From Amphiscolops sp. MND2022 (taxonomy: Eukaryota), in NCBI GenBank assembly GCA_964187785.1, contig OZ076409.1, forward strand, positions 15,316,001 through 15,380,000: 64,000 nt of DNA, in the 5' to 3' direction. Below are positions 1 to 11,760 of this stretch, piece after piece. The notes under the pieces were generated by a model. The model did no database searches, was not told the DNA's origin, and saw only the letters and a list, made by a program, of their open reading frames with translations. Each line of letters opens with the position of its first letter. Position 1 is the stretch's first letter. A program made the translations under genes and the position numbers.

Positions 1-1191
1 CAATTTGATAGTGTAAACGTGGTGGTTTGTAGCGTCATAGAAAGGACCAAACTTTCGGATCATTGTGTAAAATTCAAAGTGAGAATATAAAACTGTGTTA
101 GAGTCAGAATGTTTCCAGTTTGATTCAGATAAAAGATCTTCAATTTTTGTTTTCTTCAGTGGTTGCCCTAGTGAAAACGTCCCTTGAATTTTCTTTTCCT
201 TGTCCAGTAAATTGATGTAACCAGACGTTTGCTGGGTTTTGATCATGTTCTTTTATAGCAGGTAATTCGTTGAAAATTGTTTCTGGTGCCAAAATTTTGT
301 TTAGTTTCTTTTCCAAGAAAAAAGGCTATTCATGCTTTGCAGTTGACTGTTGATCAGTTGTTTGACTTTGGGAAATTTCTGCTGAGAATGTCCATTCAGT
401 TGAGCGATGCATTAGTTCAGGTTTTTGCATAGGAAGTGTATCTTTTTTTTGAGTTGTCAATCCATGGTTCTTCAGTTTCTTCTACGTTGTTATTGCATTC
501 CATTTCAGCACCATCATCGGCCTGCTTTGGCTTCTTTGAAATTGGTTCAGCATCATTTAAATATGACAATTCAGGTTCATTAGATATTGGCTCTGTTTCT
601 GAAGGTTCCATAACGTAGTCTGTTGTTAACTTCTGGTTCTGAGATTTACTGTTTTTCCGTATCTGTTGTTCGTCTGGTAGTTGTTTTGGGCATCTTGATT
701 GTTGATGAGCACTTGGAAGGTTCTCTCTGGCACATAAAAGGCAATCGATGAGTGGGAGACAGCAGCATTTGAAAACAATGCGACTGGATGTAAACGTTTT
801 GTCATATGCATTATTAGCCCTGTTGCCTTATTACCTTTGTTGCGTAAAATTGTAGTTTTGAAAATGGTAATTTCATTGAAATTTAGTCGTTTTTTGACCG
901 TAATAACAGCTTCCACAAACATTGAATCCAGTAATTTGATGTTTTTGAACATGTCAGATGTCAGGGGTAAAGCAAAGTTGGCAATAATTGGTTATTTGTC
1001 CATATTTGAGTTCGATTTCGATAAGCAAACAACTGCATTTTTGTAACAATTTTGTTCAACGCTTTCATTATGATGTTGATCGAGCTCATTCGTGTTCAAA
1101 TTAGTCATTACTTTTGCCACTTTTGTTGCAAAATTTGCAAGATGGCGCTGTGCAAACAAAGTTTGCAGGGTAACAGAATAACGCCGTATCA
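1..1191 (-). other. 1637-bp spacer insert, copy truncated by window start
   Basis: Near-identical to 2543-3733. Confidence 0.85.
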
Positions 1192-1500
1192 CAACAATTA
1201 GGCTAAAAGCAAAGAGTCAATTTTTTGGAGCGCGAGACTCCTATCTGCGGTACTGACTAACCATTACCAGCCAACAACTTGTTTTGAGGAGAAATTCTCA
1301 TGAAAAGACGACGTTTCAAGTTATTGACATCTGATGAAACAAAAATATTCCAGAAAAATTGTGAGAAAGCAAAATTTTGACTCTATTACGAAAATGTATG
1401 CTGAAAAGCATAAATTAGTAAGCTTAAAAATGAAATTCCATGTATTATCAAAAGTCGACTCAGGAGTGTGAAAAACACGTTTTAGGGGTAATTTTGGGCC

Positions 1501-1753
1501 CTCTTTCCAATGCCGTTGTCCGTTTTTTGCTATCTGTTCATTTTGACCCCTTTTGCAAAACTGTCACCGAAGTTAAACCACATTTTGTGAAAATAGTAAA
1601 AATGACATAACTCAATGAAAATTCAAGTGATGGCGGCGAAAATTTCAGCATGGGGGTTTTTTTGGACGCTCTTTCCAATGCCGTTGTCCGTTTTTTGCTA
1701 TATGTTCATTTTGACCCCTTTTGCAAAACTGTCACCGAAGTTAAACCACATTT
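1501..1753 (+). repeat. 85-bp direct sub-repeat (two copies 168 bp apart) in the 5S spacer; present in every unit
   Basis: ctctttccaatgccgttgtcc...tcaccgaagttaaaccacattt at 1501-1585 and 1669-1753. Confidence 0.9.
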
Positions 1754-1763
1754 CTGACAAAAA

Positions 1764-1882
1764 AGGCTACAACACCTGGTGTTCCCAAGCGGTCTCCCAT
1801 CCAAGTACTAACCAGGCCCTATGTTGTTTAACTTCGGTGATCGGACAAGACCCGGTGCGTTCAACATGGTATGGTCGTAGCC
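1764..1882 (-). rRNA. 5S rRNA gene, copy 1 (variant: 3 substitutions vs local consensus)
   Basis: Reverse complement reads GGCTACGACCATACC...GATCACCGAAGTTAAAC...AGTACTTGGATGGGAGACCGC...GTTGTAGCCT, 119 nt, followed by a T-run; typical eukaryotic 5S with box A and box C. Confidence 0.96.
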
Positions 1883-2096
1883 GATCGTTGTAGAATCAGG
1901 TAGCTTTATATGCTTAACAACAAAATTACGTACAATGATACAAAAATTTTCTCGATCAAAACACGCGTAACTTTTAATTTAGTGCAGACTAGCTTGTTCC
2001 TCGTTCGAAAATTGAGATTCAGACCACTTTTGCAGTCAGCTTTCAAATGAAACCTATCAATAGGGTTGGAATCTTACCTATTTAATAAGTTTATCA

Positions 2097-3733
2097 TAAT
2101 ACTTAGGCTTTTGAAGACTATATTGAATGCTGAGGATATACAAGTACAAAGTAATGAAGTCTAAAGTATAGGTATAAATATCTGAGTATATGAGTAATTG
2201 AGGTATGTAAATGAATATGCTTGGTTACTTAATATCAGCGCCAAAATATTTGAGAGTAAATATAAAAAGCGCCAAATTTGAAATGAAGTTGGTATAATGT
2301 AGTTTGGAGAATGTATGAGAAGAGGTTGTTTGCTCCTGGAAGGAGTTTGTTTTGAAATTCAGTTTTTTTTGCACACAGTACTAGTAGTGTTTGAAAAGAA
2401 TCGGGAATTGGGTTGGTTGGTGATGGGCATGTAAAGAAATAGGAATTCGAAACTTCAGTCGAACAATGTCTGAAATTTTTCAGTTTTTGTTTTCATTGTA
2501 TAAGTTTTCAATTGCTGTGAAAACTTGCACTTTTCTATTCTCCAATTTGATAGTGTAAACGTGGTGGTTTGTAGCGTCATAGAAAGGACCAAACTTTCGG
2601 ATCATTGTGTAAAATTCAAAGTGAGAATATAAAACTGTGTTAGAGTCAGAATGTTTCCAGTTTGATTCAGATAAAAGATCTTCAATTTTTGTTTTCTTCA
2701 GTGGTTGCCCTAGTGAAAACGTCCTTTGAATTTTCTTTTCCTTGTCCAGTAAATTGATGTAACCAGACGTTTGCTGGGTTTTGATCATGTTCTTTTATAG
2801 CAGGTAATTCGTTGAAAATTGTTTCTGGTGCCAAAATTTTGTTTAGTTTCTTTTCCAAGAAAAAATGCTATTCATGCTTTGCAGTTGACTGTTGATCAGT
2901 TGTTTGACTTTGGGAATTTTCTGCTGAGAATGTCCATTCAGTTGAGCGATGCATTAGTTCAGGTTTTTGCATAGGAAGTGTATCTTTTTTTTGAGTTGTC
3001 AATCCATGGTTCTTCAGTTTCTTCTACGTTGTTATTGCATTCCATTTCAGCACCATCATCGGCCTGCTTTGGCTTCTTTGAAATTGGTTCAGCATCATTT
3101 AAATATGACAATTCAGGTTCATTAGATATTGGCTCTGTTTCTGAAGGTTCCATAACGTAGTCTGTTGTTAACTTCTGGTTCTGAGATTTACTGTTTTTCC
3201 GTATCTGTTGTTCGTCTGGTAGTTGTTTTGGGCATCTTGATTGTTGATGAGCACATGGAAGGTTCTCTCTGGCACATAAAAGGCAATCGATGAGTGGGAT
3301 ACAGCAGCATTTGAAAACAATGCGACTGGATGTAAACGTTTTGTCATATGCATTATTAGCCCTGTTGCCTTATTACCTTTGTTGCGTAAAATTGTAGTTT
3401 TGAAAATGGTAATTTCATTGAAATTTAGTCGTTTTTTGACCGTAATAACAGCTTCCACAAACATTGAATCCAGTAATTTGATGTTTTTGAACATGTCAGA
3501 TGTCAGGGGTAAAGCAAAGTTGGCAATAATTGGTTATTTGTCCATATTTGAGTTCGATTTCGATAAGCAAACAACTGCATTTTTGTAACAATTTTGTTCA
3601 ACGCCTTCATTATGATGTTGATCGAGCTCATCCGTGTTCAAATTAGTCATTACTTTTGCCACTTTTGTTGCAAAATTTGCAAGATGGCGCTGTGCAAACA
3701 AAGTTTGCAGGGTAACAGAATAACGCCGTATCA
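2097..3733 (-). pseudogene. 1637-bp spacer insert with fragmented minus-strand reading frames (degenerate gene or mobile-element relic, family unrecognised)
   Basis: Absent from 904-bp units; the 66-aa and 108-aa ORFs are in frame across one TAA; further 64-aa and 102-aa fragments follow; minus strand is A-rich. Confidence 0.5.
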
Positions 3734-4305
3734 CAACAATTAGGCTAAAAGCAAAGAGTCAATTTTTGGAGCGCGAGACTCCTATCTGCGGTACGGACTT
3801 ACCATTACCAGCCAACAACTTGTTTTGAGGAGAAATTCTCATGAAAAGACGACGTTTCAAGTTATTGACATCTGATGAAACAAAAATATTCCAGAAAAAT
3901 TGTGAGAAAGCAAAATTTTGACTCTATTACGAAAATGTATGCTGAAAAGCATAAATTAGTTAGCTTAAAAATGAAATTCCATGTATTATCAAAAGTCGAC
4001 TCAGGAGTGTGAAAAACACGTTTTAGGGGTAATTTTGGGCCCTCTTTCCAATGCCGTTGTCCGTTTTTTGCTATCTGTTCATTTTGACCCCTTTTGCAAA
4101 ACTGTCACCGAAGTTAAACCACATTTTGTGAAAATAGTAAAAATGACATAACTCAATGAAAATTCAAGTGATGGCGGCGAAAATTTCAGCATGGGGTTTT
4201 TTTTGGACGTTCTTTCCAATGCTGTTGTCCGTTTTTTGCTATCTGTTCATTTTGACCCCTTTTGCAAAACTGTCACCGAAGTTAAACCACATTTCTGACA
4301 AAAAA

Positions 4306-4424
4306 AGGCTACAACACCTGGTGTTCCCAAGCGGTCTCCCATCCAAGTACTAACCAGGCCCTATGTTGTTTAACTTCGGTGATCGGACGAGAACCGGTGC
4401 ATTCAACATGGTATGGTCGTAGCC
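4306..4424 (-). rRNA. 5S rRNA gene, copy 2 (local consensus)
   Basis: Same 119-nt 5S sequence with T-run terminator. Confidence 0.97.
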
Positions 4425-4638
4425 GATCATTGTAAAATCAATAGCTTTATATGCTTAACAACAAAATTACGTACAATGATACGAAAATTTTCTCGGTCAA
4501 AATACGCGTAACTTTTAAGTTAGTGCAGACTAGCTTGTTCCTTGTTCAAAAATTGGGCAGCAGACCACTTTCGCAGTCTGCTTTCAAATGAAACTTATCA
4601 ATAGGGTTGGAATACTTACCTATTTAATAAGTTTATCA

Positions 4639-6275
4639 TAATATTTAGGCTTTTGAAGACTATATTGAATGCTGAGGATATACAAGTACAAAGTAATGAA
4701 GTCTAAAGTATAGGTATAAATATCTGAGTATATGAGTAATTGAGGTATGTAAATGAATATGCTTGGTTACTTAATATCAGCGCCAAAATATTTGAGAGTA
4801 AATATAAAAAGCGCCAAATTTGAAATGAAGTTGGTATAATGTAGTTTGGAGAATGTATGAGAAGAGGTTGTTTGCTCCTGGAAGGAGTTTGTTTTGAAAT
4901 TCAGTTTTTTTTGCACACAGTACTAGTAGTGTTTGAAAAGAATCGGGAATTGGGTTGGTTGGTGATGGGCATGTAAAGAAATAGGAATTCGAAACTTCAG
5001 TCGAACAATGTCTGAAATTTTTCAGTTTTTGTTTTCATTGTATAAGTTTTCAATTGCTGTGAAAACTTGCACTTTTCTATTCTCCAATTTGATAGTGTAA
5101 ACGTGGTGGTTTGTAGCGTCATAGAAAGGACCAAACTTTCGGATCATTGTGTAAAATTCAAAGTGAGAATATAAAACTGTGTTAGAGTCAGAATGTTTCC
5201 AGTTTGATTCAGATAAAAGATCTTCAATTTTTGTTTTCTTCAGTGGTTGCCCTAGTGAAAACGTCCTTTGAATTTTCTTTTCCTTGTCCAGTAAATTGAT
5301 GTAACCAGACGTTTGCTGGGTTTTGATCATGTTCTTTTATAGCAGGTAATTCGTTGAAAATTGTTTCTGGTGCCAAAATTTTGTTTAGTTTCTTTTCCAA
5401 GAAAAAATGCTATTCATGCTTTGCAGTTGACTGTTGATCAGTTGTTTGACTTTGGGAATTTTCTGCTGAGAATGTCCATTCAGTTGAGCGATGCATTAGT
5501 TCAGGTTTTTGCATAGGAAGTGTATCTTTTTTTTGAGTTGTCAATCCATGGTTCTTCAGTTTCTTCTACGTTGTTATTGCATTCCATTTCAGCACCATCA
5601 TCGGCCTGCTTTGGCTTCTTTGAAATTGGTTCAGCATCATTTAAATATGACAATTCAGGTTCATTAGATATTGGCTCTGTTTCTGAAGGTTCCATAACGT
5701 AGTCTGTTGTTAACTTCTGGTTCTGAGATTTACTGTTTTTCCGTATCTGTTGTTCGTCTGGTAGTTGTTTTGGGCATCTTGATTGTTGATGAGCACATGG
5801 AAGGTTCTCTCTGGCACATAAAAGGCAATCGATGAGTGGGATACAGCAGCATTTGAAAACAATGCGACTGGATGTAAACGTTTTGTCATATGCATTATTA
5901 GCCCTGTTGCCTTATTACCTTTGTTGCGTAAAATTGTAGTTTTGAAAATGGTAATTTCATTGAAATTTAGTCGTTTTTTGACCGTAATAACAGCTTCCAC
6001 AAACATTGAATCCAGTAATTTGATGTTTTTGAACATGTCAGATGTCAGGGGTAAAGCAAAGTTGGCAATAATTGGTTATTTGTCCATATTTGAGTTCGAT
6101 TTCGATAAGCAAACAACTGCATTTTTGTAACAATTTTGTTCAACGCCTTCATTATGATGTTGATCGAGCTCATCCGTGTTCAAATTAGTCATTACTTTTG
6201 CCACTTTTGTTGCAAAATTTGCAAGATGGCGCTGTGCAAACAAAGTTTGCAGGGTAACAGAATAACGCCGTATCA
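4639..6275 (-). pseudogene. 1637-bp spacer insert, further copy
   Basis: Near-identical to 2097-3733 with the same junctions. Confidence 0.5.
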
Positions 6276-6847
6276 CAACAATTAGGCTAAAAGCAAAGAG
6301 TCAATTTTTGGAGCGCGAGACTCCTATCTGCGGTACGGACTTACCATTACCAGCCAACAACTTGTTTTGAGGAGAAATTCTCATGAAAAGACGACGTTTC
6401 AAGTTATTGACATCTGATGAAACAAAAATATTCCAGAAAAATTGTGAGAAAGCAAAATTTTGACTCTATTACGAAAATGTATGCTGAAAAGCATAAATTA
6501 GTTAGCTTAAAAATGAAATTCCATGTATTATCAAAAGTCGACTCAGGAGTGTGAAAAACACGTTTTAGGGGTAATTTTGGGCCCTCTTTCCAATGCCGTT
6601 GTCCGTTTTTTGCTATCTGTTCATTTTGACCCCTTTTGCAAAACTGTCACCGAAGTTAAACCACATTTTGTGAAAATAGTAAAAATGACATAACTCAATG
6701 AAAATTCAAGTGATGGCGGCGAAAATTTCAGCATGGGGTTTTTTTTGGACGTTCTTTCCAATGCTGTTGTCCGTTTTTTGCTATCTGTTCATTTTGACCC
6801 CTTTTGCAAAACTGTCACCGAAGTTAAACCACATTTCTGACAAAAAA

Positions 6848-6966
6848 AGGCTACAACACCTGGTGTTCCCAAGCGGTCTCCCATCCAAGTACTAACCAGG
6901 CCCTATGTTGTTTAACTTCGGTGATCGGACGAGAACCGGTGCATTCAACATGGTATGGTCGTAGCC
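6848..6966 (-). rRNA. 5S rRNA gene, copy 3 (local consensus)
   Basis: Same 119-nt 5S sequence, 2542 bp after copy 2. Confidence 0.97.
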
Positions 6967-7180
6967 GATCATTGTAAAATCAATAGCTTTATATGCTTAA
7001 CAACAAAATTACGTACAATGATACGAAAATTTTCTCGGTCAAAATACGCGTAACTTTTAAGTTAGTGCAGACTAGCTTGTTCCTTGTTCAAAAATTGGGC
7101 AGCAGACCACTTTCGCAGTCTGCTTTCAAATGAAACTTATCAATAGGGTTGGAATACTTACCTATTTAATAAGTTTATCA

Positions 7181-8817
7181 TAATATTTAGGCTTTTGAAG
7201 ACTATATTGAATGCTGAGGATATACAAGTACAAAGTAATGAAGTCTAAAGTATAGGTATAAATATCTGAGTATATGAGTAATTGAGGTATGTAAATGAAT
7301 ATGCTTGGTTACTTAATATCAGCGCCAAAATATTTGAGAGTAAATATAAAAAGCGCCAAATTTGAAATGAAGTTGGTATAATGTAGTTTGGAGAATGTAT
7401 GAGAAGAGGTTGTTTGCTCCTGGAAGGAGTTTGTTTTGAAATTCAGTTTTTTTTGCACACAGTACTAGTAGTGTTTGAAAAGAATCGGGAATTGGGTTGG
7501 TTGGTGATGGGCATGTAAAGAAATAGGAATTCGAAACTTCAGTCGAACAATGTCTGAAATTTTTCAGTTTTTGTTTTCATTGTATAAGTTTTCAATTGCT
7601 GTGAAAACTTGCACTTTTCTATTCTCCAATTTGATAGTGTAAACGTGGTGGTTTGTAGCGTCATAGAAAGGACCAAACTTTCGGATCATTGTGTAAAATT
7701 CAAAGTGAGAATATAAAACTGTGTTAGAGTCAGAATGTTTCCAGTTTGATTCAGATAAAAGATCTTCAATTTTTGTTTTCTTCAGTGGTTGCCCTAGTGA
7801 AAACGTCCTTTGAATTTTCTTTTCCTTGTCCAGTAAATTGATGTAACCAGACGTTTGCTGGGTTTTGATCATGTTCTTTTATAGCAGGTATTTCGTTGAA
7901 AATTGTTTCTGGTGCCAAAATTTTGTTTAGTTTCTTTTCCAAGAAAAAAGGCTATTCATGCTTTGCAGTTGACTGTTGATCAGTTGTTTGACTTTGGGAA
8001 TTTTCTGCTGAGAATGTCCATTCAGTTGAGCGATGCATTAGTTCAGGTTTTTGCATAGGAAGTGTATCTTTTTTTTGAGTTGTCAATCCATGGTTCTTCA
8101 GTTTCTTCTACGTTGTTATTGCATTCCATTTCAGCACCATCATCGGCCTGCTTTGGCTTCTTTGAAATTGGTTCAGCATCATTTAAATATGACAATTCAG
8201 GTTCATTAGATATTGGCTCTGTTTCTGAAGGTTCCATAACGTAGTCTGTTGTTAACTTCTGGTTCTGAGATTTACTGTTTTTCCGTATCTGTTGTTCGTC
8301 TGGTAGTTGTTTTGGGCATCTTGATTGTTGATGAGCACTTGGAAGGTTCTCTCTGGCACATAAAAGGCAATCGATGAGTGGGATACAGCAGCATTTGAAA
8401 ACAATGCGACTGGATGTAAACGTTTTGTCATATGCATTATTAGCCCTGTTGCCTTATTACCTTTGTTGCGTAAAATTGTAGTTTTGAAAATGGTAATTTC
8501 ATTGAAATTTAGTCGTTTTTTGACCGTAATAACAGCTTCCACAAACATTGAATCCAGTAATTTGATGTTTTTGAACATGTCAGATGTCAGGGGTAAAGCA
8601 AAGTTGGCAATAATTGGTTATTTGTCCATATTTGAGTTCGATTTCGATAAGCAAACAACAGCATTTTTGTAACAATTTTGTTCAACGCTTTCATTATGAT
8701 GTTGATCGAGCTCATTCGTGTTCAAATTAGTCATTACTTTTGCCACTTTTGTTGCAAAATCTGCAAGATGGCGCTGTGCAAACAAAGTTTGCAGGGTAAC
8801 AGAATAACGCCGTATCA
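7181..8817 (-). pseudogene. 1637-bp spacer insert, further copy
   Basis: Near-identical to 2097-3733 with the same junctions. Confidence 0.5.
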
Positions 8818-9389
8818 CAACAATTAGGCTAAAAGCAAAGAGTCAATTTTTTGGAGCGCGAGACTCCTATCTGCGGTACTGACTAACCATTACCAGCCAA
8901 CAACTTGTTTTGAGGAGAAATTCTCATGAAAAGACGACGTTTCAAGTTATTGACATCTGATGAAACAAAAATATTCCAGAAAAATTGTGAGAAAGCAAAA
9001 TTTTGACTCTATTACGAAAATGTATGCTGACAAGCATAAATTAGTAAGCTTAAAAATGAAATTCCATGTATTATCAAAAGTCGACTCAGGAGTGTGAAAA
9101 ACACGTTTTAGGGATAATTTTGGGCCCTCTTTCCAATGCCGTTGTCCGTTTTTTGCTATCTGTTCATTTTGACCCCTTTTGCAAAACTGTCACCGAAGTT
9201 AAACCACATTTTGTGGAAATAGTAAAAATGACATAACTCAATGAAAATTCAAGTGATGGCGGCGAAAATTTCAGCATGGGGGTTTTTTTGGACGCTCTTT
9301 CCAATGCCGTTGTCCGTTTTTTGCTATATGTTCATTTTGACCCCTTTTGCAAAACTGTCACCGAAGTTAAACCACATTTCTGACAAAAA

Positions 9390-9508
9390 AGGCTACAACA
9401 CCTGGTGTTCCCAAGCGGTCTCCCATCCAAGTACTAACCAGGCCCTATGTTGTTTAACTTCGGTGATCGGACGAGAACCGGTGCATTCAACTTGGTATGG
9501 TCGTAGCC
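9390..9508 (-). rRNA. 5S rRNA gene, copy 4 (U17A variant)
   Basis: 119-nt 5S sequence; one substitution at 9492. Confidence 0.95.
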
Positions 9509-10288
9509 GATCATTGTAAAATCAATAGCTTTATATGCTTAACAACAAAATTACGTACAATGATACGAAAATTTTCTCGGTCAAAATACGCGTAACTTTT
9601 AAGTTAGTGCAGACTAGCTTGTTCCTTGTTCAAAAATTGGGCAGCAGACCACTTTCGCAGTCTGCTTTCAAATAAAACTTATCAATAGGGTTGGAATACT
9701 TACCTATTTAATAAGTTTATCACAACAATTAGGCTAAAAGCAAAGAGTCAATTTTTGGAGCGCGAGACTCCTATCTGCGGTACGGACTTACCATTACCAG
9801 CCAACAACTTGTTTTGAGGAGAAATTCTCATGAAAAGACGACGTTTCAAGTTATTGACATCTGATGAAACAAAAATATTCCAGAAAAATTGTGAGAAAGC
9901 AAAATTTTGACTCTATTACGAAAATGTATGCTGAAAAGCATAAATTAGTAAGCTTAAAAATGAAATTCCATGTATTATCAAAAGTCGACTCAGGAGTGTG
10001 AAAAACACGTTTTAGGGGTAATTTTGGGCCCTCTTTCCAATGCCGTTGTCCGTTTTTTGCTATCTGTTCATTTTGACCCCTTTTGCAAAACTGTCACCGA
10101 AGTTAAACCACATTTTGTGAAAATAGTAAAAATGACATAACTCAATGAAAATTCAAGTGATGGCGGCGAAAATTTCAGCATGGGGGTTTTTTTGGACGCT
10201 CTTTCCAATGCCGTTGTCCGTTTTTTGCTATCTGTTCATTTTGACCCCTTTTGCAAAACTGTCACCGAAGTTAAACCACATTTCTGAC

Positions 10289-10294
10289 AAAAAA
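10289..10294 (-). terminator. Pol III oligo-T terminator of 5S gene; example copy, T6-T7 after every gene
   Basis: A6-A7 run on plus strand abutting the 5S 3' end. Confidence 0.85.
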
Positions 10295-10412
10295 GGCTAC
10301 AACACCTGGTGTTCCCAAGCGGTCTCCCATCCAAGTACTAACCAGGCCCTATGTTGTTTAACTTCGGTGATCGGACGAGAACCGGTGCATTCAACATGGT
10401 ATGGTCGTAGCC
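10294..10412 (-). rRNA. 5S rRNA gene, copy 5 (local consensus)
   Basis: 119-nt 5S sequence, 904 bp after copy 4. Confidence 0.97.
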
Positions 10413-10433
10413 GATCATTGTAAAATCAATAGC

Positions 10434-10439
10434 TTTATA
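10434..10439 (-). promoter_or_regulatory. Upstream TATA-like element of 5S gene (TATAAA at about -27..-22); example copy, present upstream of all ten genes
   Basis: Plus-strand gctttatatgc lies at a fixed distance from each gene start; upstream TATA-like elements are known for many metazoan 5S genes. Confidence 0.65.
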
Positions 10440-11691
10440 TGCTTAACAACAAAATTACGTACAATGATACGAAAATTTTCTCGGTCAAAATACGCGTAAC
10501 TTTTAAGTTAGTGCAGACTAGCTTGTTCCTTGTTCAAAAATTGGGCAGCAGACCACTTTCGCAGTCTGCTTTCAAATAAAACTTATCAATAGGGTTGGAA
10601 TACTTACCTATTTAATAAGTTTATCACAACAATCATATACATATATAAAGGGAGACCGGACAAATTCGCTGATTGGTTGAGATACGCTCGGTGATACGCG
10701 CTGCTGCACTACAGTTCAAAAGAAGTTTCCGAGATGAGCGGTGAGAAAATCTGTTTCTGACTTTCGAAATAGACGTTTCAGAATCTCCAGATCTAATCAA
10801 CTGTGGATAGCGTAGAGGTTGCGTGTTAGACTTTCAACCCAATGTCTTGAGTTCGATTCTCGCCATCGATTTTTTTTTCAAAAAAATTGTCAGCGTGAAC
10901 AGTCTTTTAAAAGCAATGGCGTTCTTCTTTTTCCTTAATGGTGCGCTTGCAACTACTGTTCAGCAAAAGATCGTGGCCTAGAGGTTGCGTTGGTTGTCAG
11001 GTTCGTCGGGTGTTATTCTGGTAGCTTTGGGTTCCATCCCCAGGATGGACATGGTTCAGCACTTGAATTGATAGTGTTATGGTTTAAACCCAACTTGATT
11101 GTTCATTTCGACACATACCGTATATAGGACTATAAGTTCGTTCATTATTTGAGTTGGGACGCTTATTTTGGAAGCGGCAAACTTTTCAACATAAAGATTT
11201 TTGGACTATTTCCAATAACGTTGTACTTTTTTTCACATCTCATCAACAGTCAATGACGTAGTGGTTGCGTGTTAGATTTCCATTCCAATGTCTTTAGTTC
11301 GATTCCCTCATTCAATTTTTTTAAAAAAACTTTGTCAGCGTGCACAGTCTTTCAAAAGCACTGGATTATTCTTTTCCCTTAGTGGTGCGCCTAAAACCAC
11401 TGTTTCGCAAGAGATCGTGGCCTAGAGGTTGCGTGGTTGTCAGGTTCGTCCGGTGTTATTCTGGTAGCTTTGGGTTCGATCCCCGGGAGGAACATTGTTC
11501 AGCTCTTAAATTGATAGTGTTATGGCTTACTTAAACCAACTTGATTGTTCATTTCGACACATTCCGTATATAGGATTATAAGTTCGTTCATTATTTGAAT
11601 TGGAACGCTTACTTTGGAAGCGGCAAAATTTTCAACATAAGGATTTTTGGACTCTTTCCAATAACGTTGTCGATTTTTTCACATCTTTTCA

Positions 11692-11760
11692 ACAGTCAAT
11701 GGCGTAGTGGTTGCGTGTTAGATTTCCATTCCAATATCTTGAGTTCGATTCCCTCAATCA
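11692..11760 (+). pseudogene. tRNA-like module 1 of the satellite monomer (example)
   Basis: A box TGGCGTAGTGG, weak anticodon-like arm ttaga-tttccat-tccaa, B box GAGTTCGATTC at tRNA spacing; no proper acceptor stem. Confidence 0.6.

Larger units (their letters stand above)
1..9720. repeat. Tandem 2542-bp long-type 5S rDNA units (basic unit + 1637-bp insert)
   Basis: ORF track and 5S genes recur at exactly 2542-bp spacing (417/2959/5501/8043; 1764/4306/6848/9390). Confidence 0.95.
8818..10632. repeat. Two ~904-bp basic 5S units; empty insertion site at ~9716-9735
   Basis: 5S genes 904 bp apart; junction reads tttatcacaacaattaggct with no insert. Confidence 0.93.

Noticed and set aside
1192..1763. 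Spliced-leader or snRNA gene linked to 5S in the spacer
   Set aside because: Such linkages are known in some animals, but I found no recognisable SL/U-snRNA sequence; an Rfam scan would be needed to exclude it
1615..1893. 92-aa plus-strand ORF (MKIQVMAAK...CSQAVSHPSTNQA...) and its repeats
   Set aside because: It is the antisense translation of the 5S gene plus spacer and is frameshifted in some units; not a gene
2238..2277. Two GCGCCAAA (E2F-like) motifs in the 1637-bp insert
   Set aside because: Short motifs with no linked transcription unit; function cannot be supported
2097..3733. Solo LTR or TIR DNA transposon as identity of the insert
   Set aside because: No paired TG...CA ends, terminal inverted repeats or poly(A) tail seen
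10650..10658. GGGAGACCG in the element 5' end matching 5S box C
   Set aside because: Only 9 bp with no extension; compatible with chance
11692..11760. Functional tRNA gene cluster (e.g. Gly-TCC)
   Set aside because: No acceptor stem, mismatched anticodon stem and frequently degenerate B box; treated as tRNA-derived modules
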